A stretch of DNA of 64,000 bases from contig NC_068990.1 in NCBI RefSeq assembly GCF_001194135.2, positions 4,338,502 through 4,402,501 on the forward strand, in the 5' to 3' direction. The DNA is from Octopus bimaculoides (lineage: Eukaryota). The notes beneath the pieces are model-generated. The model ran no database searches. It was not told the origin of the DNA and was given only the letters and a program-made list of their open reading frames with translations. Made by a program: the position numbers and the translations under genes. Below are positions 25,478 to 38,811 of this stretch, piece by piece (positions within the stretch are counted from its first letter, which is position 1; each line of letters begins with the position of its first letter).

Positions 25478-27290
25478 CTTTCAGTTTTCATCAATCAAAT
25501 CCACTCACAAAGCTTTGGTTGACCTGAAGCTATTGTAGAAGACACTTGATCAAGATGCCACACAGTGGAACTGAACCTGGAACCATGTAGTTGAGAAGGA
25601 AACTTCCGACTATACAACCATACTAGTGCGGTAAGAAATAAATAAATAACAAAATAATTTGGGGCCTAGGAATCAATGATATTTTGGATATTTGAAATAC
25701 CTCATTATAGAGCAGAACAATACCAAATATTTATGATTGTTGTGGAAAATGGTTTTGTTTGCAATATAGCACTAAATGACAAAAGTGGAAAAAAACAAAC
25801 TTTAAAGACAAGGTTGCCATCAAAACAAAAAAAAACAAAAATGATTTTAGTGAAGGTCTAGACTCTTCCCAGAACCATAATGGTAAAATCTCCTAGGGAT
25901 TCCTTCAGGTCAATAATCTACTAGAAATAGCATCCGAATTTTTCTGAAACCACACCATAACATTTTAAACAAAGAAGAATATATTTAAATAATGTAATAC
26001 TAGGCATATTGTGTCTGAAAATAATGCAGAACGATAATGGTTAGAATATCTTTGATCATAGATTGTCTGATTATAGCCATTTTCGGAGTAAACAAGTGCA
26101 TACTAATTCAGAACATGTACATTTGAAAACAGCAAACATAATGCATTAACAAGTCACTCTTACATTATTTCACACCTAATTTCAATATAGTAGGGCAACA
26201 AATATTTTAACTAAGCTAGAAACATTAAACTCAGTCATCAAACTAATAGCAACTTCTCATCAACATTAACTGTTACCCAGATGACTTTGGATAAACAACT
26301 ACCCATTATCATTTGAACACATTCACACATAAAAATATTTACCAATTGCAATATTGATTCTGGAACTAAATTCTGCACTGAGTTACCAACCACTAACTCA
26401 GACTGAAAAAAGAACATAACACTCTTTGAACTGTGATACTGCATTCTACATAAACTGTTACTCCATTTAGATCAGACTGAAACATGTATCCTAATTTGCT
26501 TGATAAGAGCTGACCATCATTATTAAGCAACAATAACAATAATATTAACATCATCAACAACTACAAATCCTTAAAACCTCCACTAAATGTTATTGATGTT
26601 AATCTGAGGTCATCCACGGCCAAAGGTGTTATGTCTATATCCATCTTGCAATTTTCTATATCTAGAGTGATATTGCTCAGTGTGTCCTTCTTTTTTAAGG
26701 TGGGAGATTGTGAATGGAAAGAGATGAGGATGCTATTTTGAGTAGGTCATGCGACCATGTGGAAGAATCCCCTCATTATCTTATCTCTACCAAATTACCA
26801 AAGTTGGTGCTTGAAATTACATTTGGTTTCTTAAAAACTACCAAAAATGTAAGAAATAATTAATTTCAGAAAACAACTAAAAACAAAAGAAATAACAAAA
26901 ATTCAGTTCCAATTAAAATAGGTTTTGCAATTTTTTTAAAAAATCAATAAATGCCACAGTCAGGCAAGAGCATTGTAATGCTCAAAATTGCAGCATTAAA
27001 ATAACTAGAAACAATGACTCACTAAAATTACTTGAGAAAATAGTATAAAAAAAAAAAAATTGACAAGGAAACTATAATGAAATGCCTGGGAGATAGGTGA
27101 GCAATATAATTAATGGTGTAACAAATATAAATCTCTACCTGATATATCTACATCACCAGATATATAATCAGCCATGTAGAAGTGGCTTGTGGGTGATGTA
27201 GAAGAGAAAGAAAATAGTCTACATATATATCTATTTTTTTCAATATGCATATATACATGTATGTGTGTATGTATATATATATATATATAT

Positions 27291-27590
27291 NNNNNNNNNN
27301 NNNNNNNNNNNNNNNNNNNNNNNNNNNNNNNNNNNNNNNNNNNNNNNNNNNNNNNNNNNNNNNNNNNNNNNNNNNNNNNNNNNNNNNNNNNNNNNNNNNN
27401 NNNNNNNNNNNNNNNNNNNNNNNNNNNNNNNNNNNNNNNNNNNNNNNNNNNNNNNNNNNNNNNNNNNNNNNNNNNNNNNNNNNNNNNNNNNNNNNNNNNN
27501 NNNNNNNNNNNNNNNNNNNNNNNNNNNNNNNNNNNNNNNNNNNNNNNNNNNNNNNNNNNNNNNNNNNNNNNNNNNNNNNNNNNNNNNNNN
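27291..27590. other. Assembly gap (300 N)
   Basis: Run of N adjacent to (TA)n. Confidence 1.
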
Positions 27591-27886
27591 AATATCAAAA
27601 GTAGAACAAACCTCAGTCTAAAGTTCACTAATGACATAGACTTTGAATCAAGTAGAATTAAATTATGAAGAGAAACACTAAACAGTGTAATTCTTTCTAC
27701 TATAAGCACAGCATCTGAAATTTTGGGGAAGGGGATTAGTTGATTAAATCGACTACAGTACTCAGCTGGTACTTATTTTTATTGAAGCTGACTACAGTGT
27801 TCAGCTGCAGTTCTATATCTAAGAGATGAGCAATTATATACATTATTTACAATTGACAGATATTTGTCCTCATCTTGTTTGTTGTT

Positions 27887-27932
27887 AACACAATGTTTTG
27901 GCTGATATACCCTCCAGCCTTCATCAGTTGTC
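27887..27932 (-). ncRNA. Degenerate hammerhead ribozyme motif
   Basis: Reverse complement GACAA-CTGATGA-AGGCTGGAGGGTATATCAGCC-AAAA-CATTGTGTT. The GAAA box is mutated to AAAA. Confidence 0.55.
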
Positions 27933-28124
27933 TTGGGGAAATTCCAAACCTGGGTTCTCATTCCTAAGGCATTTTTCAATGTTGTTGTTGCTATTATTAT
28001 TATTATTATTATTATTATCATTATTATTATTCAGATCACTGCCTGGAATCGAATTTGGAATCATGAGGTTAGTAGCCCGCACTCTTAACCACTACACCAT
28101 ATACCCAGTCATATGGTGTAGTGA

Positions 28125-28183
<59 letters not shown>

Positions 28184-28230
28184 TCGAAAAGTACTTTAGG
28201 AATGAGAACCCAGGTTTGAAATTTCCCCAA

Positions 28231-28273
28231 GACACCTGATGAAGGCTGGTGGGTATATCAGCCGAAACGTGTT
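28231..28273 (+). ncRNA. Minimal type-I hammerhead ribozyme motif (probably defective at the cleavage triplet)
   Basis: GACAC-CTGATGA-A-GGCTG gtgggtatat CAGCC-GAAA-C-GTGTT. Both catalytic-core boxes and stem II are present, and GACAC/GTGTT can form stem I. The NUH triplet between GAAAC and the stem I 3' arm is missing. Confidence 0.7.
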
Positions 28274-29869
28274 AACAACAAACAAGATGAGAACAAATAT
28301 CCATCAATTGTAAATAATGTAAATAGTGCTCAGCTGGTACTTATTTTTATTGAAGCTGAAAGAATGAAAGGCAAAATCGACCTCACCAGAATTTGAACTC
28401 AGAATATAGAACCAGAAGAAAATGCCATTGAGCATTTTGTCGGGCCTGCTAGCAATTCTGCCCATGCTGCCTTAGAAACACTGCACTGTGTGAAAGTAAT
28501 GAAAGTTTTCTTAAGAAACATTGATTAGAACTTTAGGAGATAAACTAAGACACAAGGAATACAGATTAAAACCTTACAAGAATAACAGTATGAGATCCTC
28601 ATTACACAATATACAGTTTAATGGATTTCAAGAAAGAGAAACAGAACTATTTTGGTTTCAGTTATTCTATAATTTTGTTATTAATGTTTATTCATGTTAG
28701 CAATCTCCCATCAGTTATGAAAACATGGCATCGTCTTATCTTACTCATTTACACTTTAACCAATTAATTTCCTGAGAATTGATACCACCTCAAAGCTTTC
28801 TGAGCAAAAAAAATCAATACACAAATTTGTTCTTGTACATTATAATAGTTTTGTCCAATAGATTACTTCAAATTATTATAAAATTAGATAAAGTATTGCC
28901 ACAATTTTAGATCTTCTCTACTTCACTGATGATACAATTTCACTTTTCTGTGGAAGTGAGAGTAAAAACACTTTTTCATAAGTTCAGTGATTTATAGAAA
29001 TACGAGACTTAACATAACTTAACATAATAAAGCAAAACATTGTTTGCTTGGTTAAGTTGGACGTACTTTAGATACCTCTTCTGATACATTTGTTCATCAG
29101 TTTTATATTTGTTTTTCTATGCTAGCATGTGTAAGATCAATATGTATCGACGCATTATTTTACTTCTGGATCCCTTTCTATCACTAAGTATTACATATTT
29201 TTCAAGTAATTGATTTTTCATTCTATTCATCTTTGAAACAACAAAGTTATGGTATAATTTATTAGCAGTGAATATCTACAAATGTTACTGTTTCATGATT
29301 CAACACTTTCATGCAAGGGTGTGGAATGTAAACATTCATATAGACACACACATACACATGCATGCACACAAACATACATACACATGTGCGCACACACACA
29401 CACACACACAAACATGCACACATGGACACACAGATACACATACATACAGACACACACACACTATGAGCTTCTATACTGTTTCTGTCTACCAATTCCACTC
29501 AGCCTTAAGTTTCAGTAGAAGATACTTAAGGTACCACACGGTATGACATAACTGCCTATACCTCAAATACTGAATATAAATGATAAATTGATACAAAGAA
29601 TGAATGGTGATACTTCAACTATGCCTTTCCTATGTATACAAATAAATGATAATAAAATTAAATAGGTCTGACATGTTAATTTAATTAACCTGAAGATTTC
29701 AAAGTTACCTTAATTGCAAAAAATTTCATTCTGTGACTTACTAGCTTAAAAATTCCTTTTCATATTTTGTAGTTCATTACAAATTAGTATAATGTGTACA
29801 CAAAATTATACCATGTATGACTGAGTAAACATGTGAAAAAACAACTGATTGGGCCTACTTTATAAACTA

Positions 29870-31139
29870 TCAGGCTGAGTAAAAAGTAAGCAACGTTTTG
29901 AGACATGAAATTCATCACAATATATTTCAACAATGCAGAAATTTTATTCATCAAAGTACCATTACAATCAACACATTTTTGCCACTGAGTTACAAGTTTG
30001 TTTATTCTGGTAACATTAAAATCTGGAGTTCTGGAGCTGATGAACTCTTTGAATGCACTTTCAGCATTGGTTTGAATTTTGAAATCATTCTCTCGTAGAA
30101 AACCTTCAAGGTGTTTGAAAAGTGGTAGTTGGTAGGAGAAAAGTCTGGGGAATAAGCTGGATGAAGAAGAACTTCGTAGCCAAGTTCCCTCAACTTTTGG
30201 AGCGCTATTAGTGTAATGTGTGGTTGAGCATTGTCATGAAGAAGGATTGGTCCTCTTCTGTTGACCAGTCTGGGACAGAGGAGTAGCAGTTTTTTGTTCA
30301 TTTTGGCAATTTCATGGCAATATGTTTCTGCAGTAATGGTTTTTCTGGATTTTAAGAAGTTATGGTGGATGAGTCCAGCAGTACACCACCAAACAGTCAC
30401 CATAATTTTTTTTTTTGAAGAGCTCAGATTGAGGGAAGGTTTTCGGTGCATCGTTTTAGTTCAACCACTGTGATGAACGTTTTTTATTATTGTACAGAAT
30501 CCACTTTTCATTGGAAGTTGCAATATGGTCGAGAAATGGATTGGTGTGGTTACAGAGAAGAAGCAATGAACAAATTTCATATCTGTGCATTTTCTGATCT
30601 TCATTCAAATCATGTGGTACACATTTGTCAAGCTTTTTTGATTTTCTGATCACATGGTTGCAGGCAGTTTTCTGGCTAACTTGAAATTCTTTTGACAGTT
30701 CTTGAGTGGTGTACATGGATATTTCTCAATGACAGTCTTTAATTGTCCATCATAGATGACAAATGGGCGTCCACTAGGCTCACGATCAAAGCTCAGGTCT
30801 CCACTGTGAAAACATTTAAACCATTTTCGAATTGACTACACATTGGTCATTTTTTTCACCAAATGTTTCGTTGATATTGCAGTTTCTGCTGTTTTACATA
30901 CTTTTTTGAAGTTGAATAGCACAATTGCTTGAATATCACACTTTGACAGTTCCATTTCAGATGATTGTAACAATGATTAAAAAAAATATCAATGTTAATT
31001 TATTAATGCATTTGGGCAAGCCTATGTCTGTATTATCAGACAATTGCAAAAATATGTTTAAAAAAAAGTCAAAACTCTGCAAAAATCCGGTACAAATTCT
31101 TCATGGTTCAAAACATTGCTTACTTTTCACTCAACCTGA
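29870..31139 (-). mobile_element. Full-length decayed mariner (D,D34D-type) transposon, 1270 bp
   Basis: 30-bp TIRs (TCAGGCTGAGTAAAAAGTAAGCAACGTTTT at 29870-29899 and its near reverse complement at 31110-31139, 3 mismatches) with TA on both sides. Frameshifted transposase ORFs 30456-30716 and 30002-30451 carry VPHDL, NEKWILY, KKIMVTVWW, LLHDNA.PH and HPAYSPD.SP.NY motifs. Confidence 0.95.
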
Positions 31140-31259
31140 TATTAGAAGTGCACTTCTTCATTCAACAAATCCACTCTATCATCAATATGGTGTCATAGTT
31201 CAATTAAGTCTGTAGCATAATATATTTCTACATGTCCAAGAGGCTCAGCGTTTTCATGT

Positions 31260-32220
31260 TTGGCATAGAAAATGTAGAAGGGATTAGTGGTTTACAACAA
31301 TGCCATCAACACTATCATCCTTCACCACGTGTAATGTTTGCCTTCCATGTTGACATAGGTTAGATGTTTCGACAGGAGTTTGCAAACCAGAGAGCTGCAG
31401 AAGGCTCCATTATCTGCTTTGTCATGATTTCTATGGCAAGTGTAACAAGTGATGGGGAGAGAAATTGGAGTGGCTGGGAGGAGGAATATGGTAGATATGT
31501 GAGGACATGGAGAGTGTGCAGATAGGCATGTGAGGGAGAGTGGAGGGGCCTGCAGAGGGTAGTAATCATGGGTGTTGGGATGACATACATTGGGAAGATG
31601 GGTAGTGAGGAAGTTTTGACAGAGGATAGATTGTGTGTGCATGTATGATGGGGGAACAGTTTTCACTTAGCTCGATGTGTCTTCTCAAGAAGCACAGCAA
31701 ATTTCCAGAAGTCTCAGTCCTTAGACATCTGTGAGGTTCAACATTTGAAGATCAAATCTCAACCACTTAGATCAGCATTTCTTTATGCACCTGTCTGCAT
31801 CCATATACATCACATGACCATATCAGTGCAATCTTCTCTCTTGAACACACTACATCTGATGCTATTTATACCCAATTTTTTCTTTAAAACATTCATACTC
31901 TGTTGCACATACACACTCACATTACATATCCAGTGGAGCATGCTGGCTTCTTTTCTTTCAAGGCTTCACTTGTTCTTGGCAGTCACAGCTTATGTTTCCC
32001 TGCATGTTGCATAGCTGTCCATACACAGGCATCATACAATCTGCTTCTGACTCTAATGGAGAGGCCCTATATTATCAACAAAGGCAATTGCTCTCTTAGC
32101 TTCGCCCAGCCCATTCTTATTCTACCAACTAAGCTTTCTGAGCATCCTTCTCCACTGCTAACTTGGTTGTCTGAGTAATGGAAACTATCAACCTACACCT
32201 TTTCTACATACTGAGTAGGA
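31260..32220 (-). mobile_element. RTE-type LINE remnant
   Basis: The reverse strand is homologous to 36860-37430 (VDSFHYSDNQVSSG...GRIRMGWAKLRE.LPLL...RLYDACV) and continues into a pyrimidine-rich 3' region similar to 33690-34130. Confidence 0.75.
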
Positions 32221-33018
32221 CCTTTTCCTGGAAGGGGTTAGTAATTAGTCTGCTTTCCTACTTTGGCTTTTGTTAATTTAACTCTAAGGCCCTTTGATTT
32301 CAGACCTGCTTCCACTCCTGAAATTATTTGACAGAATAAGTCTTAACTGAATATCATATATATGCTTTCACTTTGAGTGAAGTATACAACATAATATTCA
32401 TGATACTACTGAAATGTATTTCCTGGGTAAAGAGTTGCGGACTTATAATGTCTGTCAGGGGAATTTTAAAAGATCTTCAAGATTCAGCGAATTAGATATT
32501 GGACTCTTTAGATTTGTCTTTCAAATTGTTAATATTCATATTTGAATTTAATGAATTACAAAACTACTTCAAAAATAAATTCTAATTCTAAACTCAGTAG
32601 TTTTTAAAATATTCTTAAAGATAAATATGTTTAATATCTCATGTTTCATAGTTTTTTGTTTCTTTCATATTATTTATGTCAATTGTTTGCATCACAAATT
32701 GAAAAAGAAAATAAGAATTATGTTATTTTGTTCATAATTATTTGAAAACTGAGATCTTTTAAGAAGATATCAATGCATATTGTATGTATATTGTATTTTA
32801 TGTAAGATTTTCATTTTCAAAATAAATAGACAATTCTACACAGAAAGTTACAATAATAAAACTGAAATTACACAATATCTTATCTTACTTTACATAAATA
32901 AAAAATTATTGTGACAGTCATTAAATAAATAGTGTATGGGGTTAAATAAATGGTGTATAAAAGTCAATCAAAAGTTTAAAGCATTTTTTGACAAAATTTC
33001 TAATGTTAGATGGATATA

Positions 33019-33083
<65 letters not shown>

Positions 33084-33448
33084 AAATAATAGTCAACCTA
33101 TATTTTCCTCACTTGTGCGTGTATGTCTAAATTACAGCATTTTGCTTTGAAGAAATGTAAGTAAATATTGGAAACAATAAAATTGTAATAAGAACAGAGC
33201 TAAAAAATATCATAATAGTTAAACTGAACACCTGGCATTCTGGCTGTAATGATTTTATCCAGTCAATGTCTCTTCATTCATGTATAACTTCAGAGCTATT
33301 AAGTTAAAGAAATCTTTTGAAATAATGTTTATGAAGGTTAGCTGAAGTACTGATTGCTTGATTGTTAGACATTGCAGCAGGAGAAATATAGAAGGGTAGG
33401 TAAGTGAGGATCTGTAATACATCCTTGCAGCTGAATGAATTCTTTTAA

Positions 33449-33668
33449 CCCTTTAGCATTCAGATTTCTCTGTTAAATATAATGCATTTTTATTCAAATT
33501 GTTTTGAATTAATCATGCATTATCTTATAACTCTGAGCTTTTGATGATGTGATTGCTTATTTTTAGAATAACATTGTAGAGTAGGTGTGAAAGGCTAGAT
33601 ATGGCCAGTTTGAATGAAAAACATGTAGAATATTTGGGCTGGATATGACCAGTTCAAATGCTAAAGAG
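33449..33668. mobile_element. piggyBac-type MITE, second copy
   Basis: TTAA|CCCTTTAGCATTCAG ... AAATGCTAAAGAG; reverse complement of the 50877-51097 copy. Confidence 0.7.
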
Positions 33669-33689
33669 TTGCAGGCACCTAAGGACCAT

Positions 33690-34345
33690 GAACAATACAC
33701 ATAAAGCACACATGATAGATGGACCCATCCTTCATCCTCATTATCAGCTCTTCAGGGATCACCCCTTTTCTGTGCATCCATACATCTACCATTGTTTTTC
33801 ATTCACTACATTCACCTTCGCCCATCTTTTACTCTCCTCTCACACCCTTATGAAATTTATCCAACCCCTCCTCTCCACCTGGATCCACTGTCCATATTCT
33901 CTCTTAAACTTGCTTTGTTGTTCTTTGAGAGTTTGCTCTGTCACCTCATCATCACCATCTTTATCTTCTTTCCAGTTGCTCCCACCCTTATGTAATACAG
34001 GGAAGCCATATATCTTCTCTGTAGGAAGATATCTGTGTTTGTCCCTCTGTTATACATTAGCCTCTCAACAGCTGGCATAAAGCCACCTCCCTTTCCCTCA
34101 AACACATCCCCACTCAGTCGAAGAGACTTTTTCTTTTTCTTTACTTGTCTTACAAGTTACTTAGTGACCTCACTAGTGCTGGTGCATGAAAAAACCACTC
34201 AGTACACACTGTAAAGTGTTTTGATGTAGGAAGGGCATCCAGTCACAGAAACTATGCCAAAGCTGAGATTAGAGCTTAAATCCTGAAATTCATCTGATCT
34301 CAAGCTGTCCAGCCCTTGCCAGCATGGACAAAAGGACATTAAATT
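33690..34345 (+). mobile_element. RTE-related 3' region and tail remnant
   Basis: C-rich segment similar to the reverse complement of ~31350-31660, followed by the shared GGGCATCCAG...GCCAGCATGG tail. Confidence 0.5.
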
Positions 34346-34547
34346 ATTTCTGATTTTTCTTTTATGAACCGTGTTTTAGGAGACAGTTTTAGCAAACAAA
34401 ATATACTTTATTCATTGTTTATCTCTCATGTATAATTGTGCTTTTTTTGCATCATAAAGCTGACAATCAAATAAATAAGATTTATTTAGACATTTTCTCT
34501 CTCTCTCTCTCTGATGGCATGTCAAGATAATAAGGAAGAATACATAC

Positions 34548-34633
34548 CAGTAACTGAACAACATCCTTAGGGTCACGGCCCTGTACATTGGTCCCATTTA
34601 TCTCACAGATTTCATCTCCCACATGTACGAGAC
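34548..34633 (-). CDS. MPP7: MPP7-like exon, PDZ central part
   Basis: tttattatttgtag|GTCTCGTAC...CAGTTACTG|gtatgt. It is 86 nt, phase 1 to 0, and translates (G)LVHVGDEICEINGTNVQGRDPKDVVQLL, in frame with the 44415-44496 exon. Confidence 0.94.
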
Positions 34634-35009
34634 CTACAAATAATAAATATTAATCAAATGAAGTATAATATAATATATACACAATATAATTACACAAGCA
34701 TTAATAATACAACCATTTGGCAGTTGATTCAATTTTATTAATATTGCTGTGTTAGTGGAATGACAGAAATGGTAGACTGCCAGACTAAATGCCATGCAGT
34801 AATTAGTTTAATCTCTGCACACTCTAATTCAAAATCCTAATGGAGTTACCTTTTCTTTTTCATGCCTTCACGGTTAATAAAATAAGTACTAATCAAATAC
34901 TAGAGTCAATTAAACCAGTAGCTCTTAAATTTATGGGCTTCTTTCACTATATAGAAGTTATAATTATTAGCAATATTATCAAGGAAAAGGTGATGGACTA
35001 ACATAAAGT

Positions 35010-35325
35010 TGACATTCTGTCAGTTATGACGGCGAGGATTCCAGTTGATCCCGTCAATGGAAGAACCTGCTTGTGAAATTAACCTGCAAGTGCCCAAGCA
35101 CTCCATAGACATGTGTACCCTTAATGTAGCGCTCAGGGAGATTCAGCATGACAATGTGATAAGACTGGCCTATTGAATTACAGGTATAACTCAATTTTGT
35201 CAGCTGAGTGGACTAGAGCATTGCGAAATAAAGTGTCTTGCTCAAGGACACAATGTGCCACTGGGAAATGAACTTACGACCTTATAATTGTGAGCCAGTT
35301 ACCCTAACCACTTAGCCACATGCAT
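35010..35325 (-). mobile_element. tRNA-derived SINE family C
   Basis: AAAGTGTCTTGCTCAAGGACACAATG...TGTGAG...CCCTAACCAC core, shared with ~2345-2445 and ~12760-12970. Confidence 0.65.
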
Positions 35326-36034
35326 TCATAAGATGACCAGTAGAGTAACAGACATAACATAACTAGTTGAATAACAGACAAAATGCCAGGTGGTTTTTAG
35401 TTGTATTCCTTTATGTTCTGAGTTCAAACTGCATTGGAGTAGGTTTACCTTTCGTCTTCCCAGAGTTGATAAAATGAGTACCAGTAGTCAACTACACATA
35501 TTTTTCAACTTTGAGGCATTGCACCTATATTAGAAATCTATTGGAAATGAAGAGCAGGAAATTTTTGTCTGCATAGTGGTTTTGATGAAAGTGGCAGTGT
35601 GGAAAGCCTGAAACTTAAAGTGCTGTGAATGTGACTTTTATTGTTCAGTAAATTCTTTATCAAAGTTCTTTATGAAGAAAGTGAGGATGGACAGAAAAGT
35701 AATACCTGACAGAAAAATACGACCTTGCTGTGGATTTTATGAAACATAGATGAAATTGTCACATGTGGTTTGAATTAAATGGCTGGCCTTTCAAATTGAT
35801 TTCTAGTTTAAATGATATAAGCCGAAAGCAGAGATTTGTTGGATTGTGGGGTTTTCTGATACTCAGTAAGGGGCTGTCTCTTCTGACTAATTTATTTTAA
35901 TAATTTCTTTTTGTAAATTCATGTGTGTATATCTACGAATGGTTAGTTTTTTTGTTTTTTTTTCTAATGTCAGAGTACCGTGATGATTTATGTTTGAAAC
36001 AGCAGTATTTTATGGTCACACACTATAACTATTA

Positions 36035-36338
36035 TGAGGGGGTACTGAAAGAACAGTTGGAGGCTGATTCAGACTTTTGTTCAAACGTTAACACTGGTGA
36101 TGAAAGCTGGTTCTATGGAATTTGCAGATGTAGAAGAGGTGAAGGAGAAAATGATGGAGGCATTAAAAGGCATCACTTTGCAAGAGTTCCAGCACTGCTT
36201 TGAATAGTGGGAAACGCGCCTGGACTGATGCGTTGCTTCAAATGGAGAATACTTTGAAGGCAATAAAAGTGTAAACATGTAAAACTAAATGAATAAAATA
36301 ATATTGCGAAATTCTGGTTTCTTTTGAGTACCTTATCA
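36035..36338 (+). mobile_element. Internally deleted mini-mariner (second family), 304 bp
   Basis: TA|TGAGGGGGTACTGAAAG at the left and CTTTTGAGTACCTTATCA|TA at the right (imperfect TIR). Retains NTGDESWFYG (first catalytic Asp) and the C-terminal FADVEEVKEK...CVASNGEYFEG segment in a shifted frame. Confidence 0.8.
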
Positions 36339-36844
36339 TATTCCTGTTTAAAGTTGCTTGTTATTGAAATCAACTCACAAACTTCCAGAAGATTTTCCAA
36401 AGTTTGATTAATGTTATCTGAAAAGTCATCCAGGAATCTTCTTATAGATGTAAAGCTCAGTAAAAGTAACATTAAAGTATTTGTATAAGCTTACACCACC
36501 ATATTCAACATCTCCACAACTACCCATTTCATAAACTCTATTTCATACTGACTATGTATTTAAAATATAAGAAAGACTGCATAGCAAATTCTGAATATCC
36601 CTTTCAGGGCCTAAAAATAGTTCAAGTTTGAACATTTCTGATAATCTGCAAAGAACAAGAATATTCCCAAATGTATGATATAAAATATAAACCAATGTTC
36701 CTTAATCTGCCAGCTCTGATTTGAACATAAGCCAAAATTCTTGTTAACAAAATGTCCAAAGACAACCTAAATAAAATTGTAAGTATGATGATTAGCCTGA
36801 CTTTGGCATTATTTATTCTGTTGGTGGTACTCAAACTCTTTTGA

Positions 36845-37822
36845 AATTTTTCAGGTCAATATGGACAATTCAGACTTTTCCTTAGAAGTGGTAGATAGTT
36901 TCTATTACTCAGGTGACCAAGTTAGCAGTGGAAGATATAGCTCTGAAAGTGTAGTTGCTCGAATAAGAACAGGCTGCACAAAGTTAAGAGAGCTGCTGCC
37001 TTTGTTAGTAACAAAGGACCTCTCCCTCAGAATGAAAGGCAGATTGTAGGATGCCTGTGTATGGACAGCTATGCTACATGGCAGTGAGATATGAACTGTG
37101 ACTACTGAGCACATGGATGAATAATGTCAGTGTGTATATACAACACAAAGTAAGTGATATGAGAGAAAAACTGGGTATACAAGGCATCAGATGTAAGGTG
37201 CAAGATATAAGACTGCACTGGTATGGTCATGTGATACATATGAATCAGGACAGCTGCATCAAGAAGTACTGATCTCTAATTGTTGAGGAAATTGGTGGAA
37301 GGGGTAGATCCAGGAAGATGTGGAACAAAATGGTGAGAAAGGATCTTCAAACATTGGGCCTCACAGAGGAGATGACAAGGGACCAAGACTTTGGCAGTTC
37401 ACTGCTCTTGAGAAGACATATCAAGCTAAGTAAAATCATGGCTATTCATGCATACAGGCATGTCCTCTATGTTGAAAGGTCCTAGTCTTGTAGGCTTGTG
37501 GGTGCTGGTACCATATAAAAGCATCCATGTTGGTGCTACATCAAAGTGCCCATGTCAGTACTGTGTAAAAGGTACCCATACCATGACATGTACAAGCACC
37601 CATGATGGTGCCATGCAAAAGCACCCAAGTTGTCGTGTTAAAAGCACCCATTGCACTCTGTAAAGTGGTTAGCATTAGGGAGGGCATCCAGCCATAGAAA
37701 CCATGCCAAAACAGACAAATGGAGCCTGAGCAACTCTCTAGCTGGCCAGCTCCTGTCCAAACTGTCCTACCCATGCCAGCATGGAGAACAGATGTTAAAC
37801 AATGAGGAAGATGATGATAACT
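36845..37822 (+). mobile_element. 5'-truncated RTE-type LINE remnant with 3' tail
   Basis: LEVVDSFYYSGDQVSSG...VVARIRTGCTKLRELLPLLVTKDLSLRMKGRL, followed by degenerate RLHWYGHV and GRGRSRKMW segments typical of the RTE RT C-terminus. It ends in the GGGCATCCAGCCATAGAAACC...GATGAT tail shared with many copies in the window. Confidence 0.8.
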
Positions 37823-38780
37823 ATGACCAAATTCTAGGAACATAACATTAAAAAAATGGGCATTTTGATTCCTTTATTGAACAAATTCACAAAAGAGGGA
37901 AGATAATGAGCATTTAGTCATGTATTCTGGGGATTTGGAATTAAATTTAAGAAAATAAATCTTTTGTAATTCAGACAATTTTACTGTTCATGCTAATGCC
38001 GTTAAGATTCAGTATAGCTTGATGTCTGCTGCCTTATAGGAAACAGTAGGTGTCTTATGGACCATATGTAGGAATTGTCTTATACATAGATATATTCGTC
38101 TTTAATATTAGCTGAAGCAGGTATCTTTACATTTTTTTTAATATATTAAAAATAGCTGTCAAACCACCCACAAATCATGCACACTGCTACCTCCTAAGAA
38201 AAGGATACGTTGAGTAATGTAGTTCTTGATATACAAAACGATAGAATGTATAGTATCAGCTTTAATTCCTTTGATTATTGATCTGCTAGCTTAGGATCGA
38301 CCTTGAATAAAAAATAACAGCATTTGAGTCTAATGACTACAAACTGCAATGTCTGAACTCAAAAGGACTCTTTTAAAAAATGAGCAAAAGAGCACTATAT
38401 TAAATTAGACTGATTAGTCTTGCTCAAGTGAGCAACTACGTCTAAAGAAAATAGATATTTTTAGATGACCAATGCCATGTTAATGGAATTTAGTATTTGG
38501 AGAATGTGAAGAAGTATGTTGGGAGTCTAGCACCTAACTATGGGATTGAAATGTTTACAGCCCCTGAATTGGACAACACCACTTAGTACCGAGGGTCCCT
38601 CTTTCTTTACCTAGGGTAGGGAGCCAATGATATGACAATTTAAAATTCAAGAGGCAACAGCTTTTCAGTATCTTTTCAGTATCTTTTCAAAAACCTCAAA
38701 CCTCAGAGATCTATGAGATGTAAATGCAGATGTGTTCCAAACACATTTTTATTTGAGATACTGGATGAACTCAAATATAC

Positions 38781-38811
<31 letters not shown>

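Larger units (their letters stand above)
27835..28325. mobile_element. Head-to-head fold-back dimer of the tRNA-head/(AAT)n/hammerhead cassette
   Basis: Arms ~27835-28102 (minus) and 28111-28325 (plus) are reverse complements and are homologous to 6202-6445. An identical 31-bp sequence flanks the insertion at 27761-27791 and 28329-28359. Confidence 0.85.

Noticed and set aside
26343-26402. 60-nt phase-0/0 minus-strand segment with tttttcag and TTG|gtaaat (SELVVGNSVQNLVPESILQL)
   Set aside because: It would interrupt the PDZ fold, and it lacks the alternating hydrophobic pattern of the last PDZ strand, so it is unlikely to be a mutually exclusive exon. Probably chance.
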